Assembly (NCBI GenBank): GCA_019358935.1
Contig: JAHHIK010000179.1
Span: forward strand, 1 to 10,474
Source: Tolypothrix carrinoi HA7290-LM1
GTDB taxonomy: Bacteria > Cyanobacteriota > Cyanobacteriia > Cyanobacteriales > Nostocaceae
DNA length: 10,474 nucleotides
Reading direction: 5' to 3'
Shown: positions 7,218 to 10,474 of the stretch, piece by piece
Position numbering within the stretch: the stretch's first letter is position 1
Layout: each line of letters starts with the position of its first letter
Program-made: the position numbers and the translations under genes
The notes under the pieces: model-generated
Seen by the model: the letters and a program-made list of their open reading frames with translations, nothing else
Database searches by the model: none
Told to the model about the DNA's origin: nothing

Positions 7218-7619
7218 TTACTGATTAAAAATTTTTAGTAATTTTTCCTGAGACAGGCTAGAATCGTTTACTTGTTGTTGAATGACTGAGAGTTGTGTTT
7301 CATCCTTAGTAGCATCTAACAGCAGCACCCAATCTCCTTCCTCTGTCGGGAAGATATGCACATCTGCACAAATCCCGTATTCGGTTTTCATTCGAGGTAA
7401 AAATAAGGGAAAGTCATCCAATGGCAGCAACCCTTCGAGAAAAAAAATTTGCTCTCCTACATTTGTCCCTTTTTCTAAGTTAGTAACTCCGTATGCTGCC
7501 AGCTTACCTCCCCAAGTTAATAAATAACCATCTTTACTTACTAAAAGATAAGCCAAAGAAAGTTGTTCTAACATCAAAGTAAGAACATAAGCAGCAACAG
7601 CAGCGGGGACATTTTGCAT
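7218..7619 (-). CDS. Stand-alone PAS-like domain protein (133 aa)
   Basis: ATG directly abuts the GTPase stop (TAAATG). PAS-like pattern AYLLVSKDGYLLTWG...ADVHIFP...WVLLLDAT followed by a helical tail. The CDS is well supported; the fold is inferred. Confidence 0.8.
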   Translation of the reverse strand: MQNVPAAVAAYVLTLMLEQLSLAYLLVSKDGYLLTWGGKLAAYGVTNLEKGTNVGEQIFFLEGLLPLDDFPLFLPRMKTEYGICADVHIFPTEEGDWVLLLDATKDETQLSVIQQQVNDSSLSQEKLLKIFNQ

Positions 7620-8117
7620 TTATGCCTCCAATATTTGATTAGCAAGTGTTTGAAAAACTTCTTCTACACCCAGCCCAGTTTTAGCGCTGGTTTTAATTAC
7701 AGTCCAGCCACGTTGTATAATCGCATCGATTTCTGCCGTTTCAATTTCCCATTCATCTAGCAAATCTGATTTGTTAAGTACAAGAATAAAGGGAATTTGT
7801 CCAATCGTTTCTTCTACTCTTGTTTGCAGACTGAAGGCTTTTTCTAGGGTGTTGTGTCGAGTTCCATCCACTACGATTAAATAGCCAGACGAACCTCGTA
7901 AATAAGACAGTCGCACTTTTTGAAATTCGTCTTCCCCATAAAGATCCCAAAGAATAAAATTTAACTCTTTGTCTTGAATCTTCACTACTTTTTTGTCAAT
8001 TTTTACACCCACAGTAGTTTGATAGATTTCCGAAAATATGCTATATACAAATTTGGCTACTAAACTTGTTTTACCTGTGGCAAAAGCACCTACCATGCAT
8101 ATTTTTTTTTGAAGCAT
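7620..8117 (-). CDS. Ras/Rab-like single-domain small GTPase (prokaryotic Rup type)
   Basis: G1 GAFATGKTS, G2 YQTTVG, G3 WDLYGE, G4 NKSD, G5 TSAKTG. 165 aa with no C-terminal prenylation motif. Confidence 0.95.
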   Translation of the reverse strand: MLQKKICMVGAFATGKTSLVAKFVYSIFSEIYQTTVGVKIDKKVVKIQDKELNFILWDLYGEDEFQKVRLSYLRGSSGYLIVVDGTRHNTLEKAFSLQTRVEETIGQIPFILVLNKSDLLDEWEIETAEIDAIIQRGWTVIKTSAKTGLGVEEVFQTLANQILEA

Positions 8118-8130
8118 AAAAAATTATCAC

Positions 8131-9888
8131 TTATTTAGGCTTTTCAGATAAAAATACCTTGAAAGATACCCTAGAATTAGATTTTTTTTCTGATTTTATC
8201 GATTTGATGTCTAACGACTCGTTAAAACCCCCTCCTACGGTTTGAAAATTGCTGGCGTTAATTCCAGAAGCGGTTATATAAGATAAGATTTTGTTAGCAC
8301 GGGCTTGGCTGAGTGTCATCTTTTCTTGTTTTCTAACTGCATTCTCATGTCCTATTATTTGAATACGTACATCCTGATGCAGATATTTTGCAGTATTCAG
8401 TAGTTTTTGCATTTTTACTACTAAATTCTGCATTTTATTCTCTTCGCCAGGTAAAAGCTCTGCTGTATTTTCTAAAAAAAAGAGCATATTTTCTTCTATT
8501 TCTTTTTTATATGAATTGAGTTTTTTTAATTCTGGATTTAAAAGATTATTGTATTCAAATTGAGTTATTCCGGGAATAAAATGCCATAATTTTTGTGCTG
8601 ACAAAATCCATTGACGAGGAGCAGAACCTGTAGCGTGAAGAATGCCATTTTCGTCTACATTTAATGATACAGTTTCTGGAGGTTGAAGTAATTGTGCGGC
8701 TCTTTTTGCGGTAAATTGTGGTTGTAAAGATATGTAAGGTTCCCAGTTACTGATGACTTTTTTGGGAGGTATGTTTGCTTGTTCCATTAGCGCTTTTGGA
8801 TCTACTGCTAACGGATCGCGCATTCCCGAAAGAAAATATTTACCGTGTCGCGAACTTGCTTTGGTGACTACAATTCCTGGTTGAGAGTTAAGTTTGTCTA
8901 AATAAGCATTCCAGCGAAGTTGATCTCTAATCGCAAAAAAACTTGCAATTGAGCAGGCGATCGCTATTGTACCTAAGAATGTCCAGGCATAAGTATAATT
9001 CTGTTTGCGTGGCAATTTATATTGAACTTCTAAACAAGCTTCCAGATAAGGCTTACTTGCTGAAAATGGCTGTGTTTCCCCTTGAAATTCCCCAAGTTCT
9101 TTGTTCAACTTCAGGTGAATTTTTTCTATTGCTTCTTGAAAAACTAATCTTAATTCCTCGCGTGCTCTTCCTCGAATAATTCCTGCTAATATCGCTTGAG
9201 GTCCCTCTTCAATCCAAATAGTCAGTTCTCCAAACCTCAAACTTTGCAATGATTCACCTTTTTGCACGCTGAAAGAGTCTTTAACAAAATCCCGGATAGC
9301 AGTCAACATTGCGGAAACCAAATCCGGATCTTGAGCGGCTACTTGCGGCGCTAAAATATGTTGTAGCAACAATCCCGTTTTTTTATGAATTAAAAAAACC
9401 TGCTCTACACGATAAACCATAGTGCGAAGCAGCACAATTTCCGCGAATGATTTGCCTGTACGTTGTGCTTCTAATCTCCACTTCAGGCTCTGTAATGATA
9501 AACTATGTTCCAAAGTTTGATTTAAAGATTGAATCATCTCGTCAAGAGCTGTAGACATAGCCTTGCGAGTAGCTGGTCCGATGACGGGAAAAATCGTTTC
9601 TGAAAGAGTATTTAAATCTTTTTTAACAGAATATTGAATCGCATCTTCGATGGTCGGTACCATTGCTTCACTGAGAATTTTATCTTGCATTGACCGCAAA
9701 ATAATCGCTTCTGGAAGCAAGCGACTGATATCTTCAGCTTGAACTTGAACGTCGTCTAATTTTTTGTATAGTTTGTTAACTTTGGTCGGTTCAAGACCAA
9801 GAAGCAAACTGCGAAGTTCACTTAGTTCATTGCTGGTGGCATTATTTGGGGATTCTTTCGCTATTTCATTTGTGGAATAGTCACTCAT
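8131..9888 (-). CDS. Single-pass membrane protein: N-terminal helical region plus putative longin-like domain, TM helix, two BON-like segments and a C-terminal OmpA-like domain
   Basis: TM segment AWTFLGTIAIACSIASFFAI. OmpA-C pattern IIGH...LSQARA...SGI...G.G...NSRVSF. ATG at 9888 preferred over TTG at 9894 because AGGGG lies 9 nt upstream of it. BON-like call is by eye. Confidence 0.88.
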   Translation of the reverse strand: MSDYSTNEIAKESPNNATSNELSELRSLLLGLEPTKVNKLYKKLDDVQVQAEDISRLLPEAIILRSMQDKILSEAMVPTIEDAIQYSVKKDLNTLSETIFPVIGPATRKAMSTALDEMIQSLNQTLEHSLSLQSLKWRLEAQRTGKSFAEIVLLRTMVYRVEQVFLIHKKTGLLLQHILAPQVAAQDPDLVSAMLTAIRDFVKDSFSVQKGESLQSLRFGELTIWIEEGPQAILAGIIRGRAREELRLVFQEAIEKIHLKLNKELGEFQGETQPFSASKPYLEACLEVQYKLPRKQNYTYAWTFLGTIAIACSIASFFAIRDQLRWNAYLDKLNSQPGIVVTKASSRHGKYFLSGMRDPLAVDPKALMEQANIPPKKVISNWEPYISLQPQFTAKRAAQLLQPPETVSLNVDENGILHATGSAPRQWILSAQKLWHFIPGITQFEYNNLLNPELKKLNSYKKEIEENMLFFLENTAELLPGEENKMQNLVVKMQKLLNTAKYLHQDVRIQIIGHENAVRKQEKMTLSQARANKILSYITASGINASNFQTVGGGFNESLDIKSIKSEKKSNSRVSFKVFLSEKPK

Positions 9889-10008
9889 TGCCAATATCCC
9901 CTAATTTATAGTTGATAATAAGTTGTATTATGTCGTCACTGACAAGGGGAGAAGCAAGTAAAAAAGAAAAAATAACTTTTTTTAACTTTTATCTTGTTCA
10001 TCTGGTGT

Positions 10009-10347
10009 TTATTGTTGATTCAGTCGAATGGCTAATTCTGTAAACAAGTGTGCCAAGGTAGAACGGTCAGTTTTATCTTTACGAAGTTCTTGAGTATCTC
10101 GTTCTAAAGCCGCTAAGATTTCTTCATATTTTTGGCGGATATCATCGTGTAAATTTTTCGATTGGTTGAGAATCTGCTCTCGCATCTCTCGCTGATTATT
10201 AGTAGTTTTTTCTTCAAATTGAGCAAGTTTGTTTTCTAAGGAGATAGTCATATTTTTATGTTGTTCGGTAAGTGCTTTCAATGCTTGACCGCGTTCTCCT
10301 TGCTCGTTATTTACCTGCTTGGCTAATGACGAAATCTCTGTTTTAAA
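10009..10347 (-). pseudogene. 3' part of a coiled-coil protein gene, interrupted by an IS66-family element
   Basis: The frame is open with coiled-coil character for 113 codons from the IS boundary (FKTEISSLAKQVNNEQGERGQALKALTEQ...DRSTLAHLFTELAIRLNQQ*). The TTG start at 10281 is internal and has no evident RBS. Confidence 0.75.
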
Positions 10348-10474
10348 GTAAGGATTCAGGCCTAAAGTTAAGGTATTAAAGATGGTGCTTGCATATCAGG
10401 GTTGACCATTGCTTTCATAGCTTGCTCAAAAAATTCAATTACGGAACGTCCTTGGCGACGGCAAGTTTGTATAA
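10348..10474 (-). mobile_element. Right end of an IS66-family insertion sequence (continues beyond the window)
   Basis: Terminal GTAAGGATTCAGG at 10348-10360 (IS66 inverted repeats start with GTAA), lying just after a transposase-like stop codon. Confidence 0.8.
10368..10474 (-). CDS. C-terminus of an IS66-family transposase (partial)
   Basis: IQTCRRQGRSVIEFFEQAMKAMVNPDMQAPSLIP* fits the IS66 C-terminal pattern TCxxxGxxxxxF/Y...PSLLP. Not in the supplied ORF track. Confidence 0.8.
   Translation of the reverse strand, partial: IQTCRRQGRSVIEFFEQAMKAMVNPDMQAPSLIP

Noticed and set aside
7620..8117. Eukaryotic contamination, MglA, or a Roc domain as the identity of the GTPase
   Set aside because: It is intronless and tightly coupled to bacterial genes, has no prenylation tail, lacks the MglA-type TVPGQ G3 and an MglB partner, and has no COR or LRR domain.
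6384..9179. Plus-strand ORFs 6384-6662, 6915-7151, 7282-7527 and 8943-9179
   Set aside because: Antisense to motif-supported genes and without protein-like features of their own.
10009..10281. Intact 90-aa protein starting at TTG 10281
   Set aside because: The frame continues with the same coiled-coil character up to the IS boundary, so it is better read as a truncated gene.

Overview
Chromosomal window from a filamentous, probably Nostocales-type cyanobacterium (inferred from frequent HIP1 GCGATCGC octamers, heptamer tandem repeats and hli genes). Left half: the 3' end of an unknown gene, two palindromic non-coding elements, a 343-aa hypothetical protein, a compound tandem-repeat block, and a 1041-aa membrane protein built of helical repeats. 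That gene is divergent from three tandem high-light-inducible protein (hli) genes with an HLR1-like site upstream. Right half, all on the minus strand: a five-gene signalling cluster of coiled-coil protein, membrane-anchored OmpA-like protein, Rab/Ras-like small GTPase (Rup type), stand-alone PAS-like protein and histidine kinase. Its first gene is cut by an IS66-family element at the right edge. The most notable observation is that the domain just before the TM helix of the OmpA-like protein has a longin-like secondary-structure pattern, which suggests a cell-envelope-anchored regulator of a Rab-like GTPase feeding a kinase. That is an inference and needs structure prediction. All assignments come from motif reading by eye; no database searches were run.
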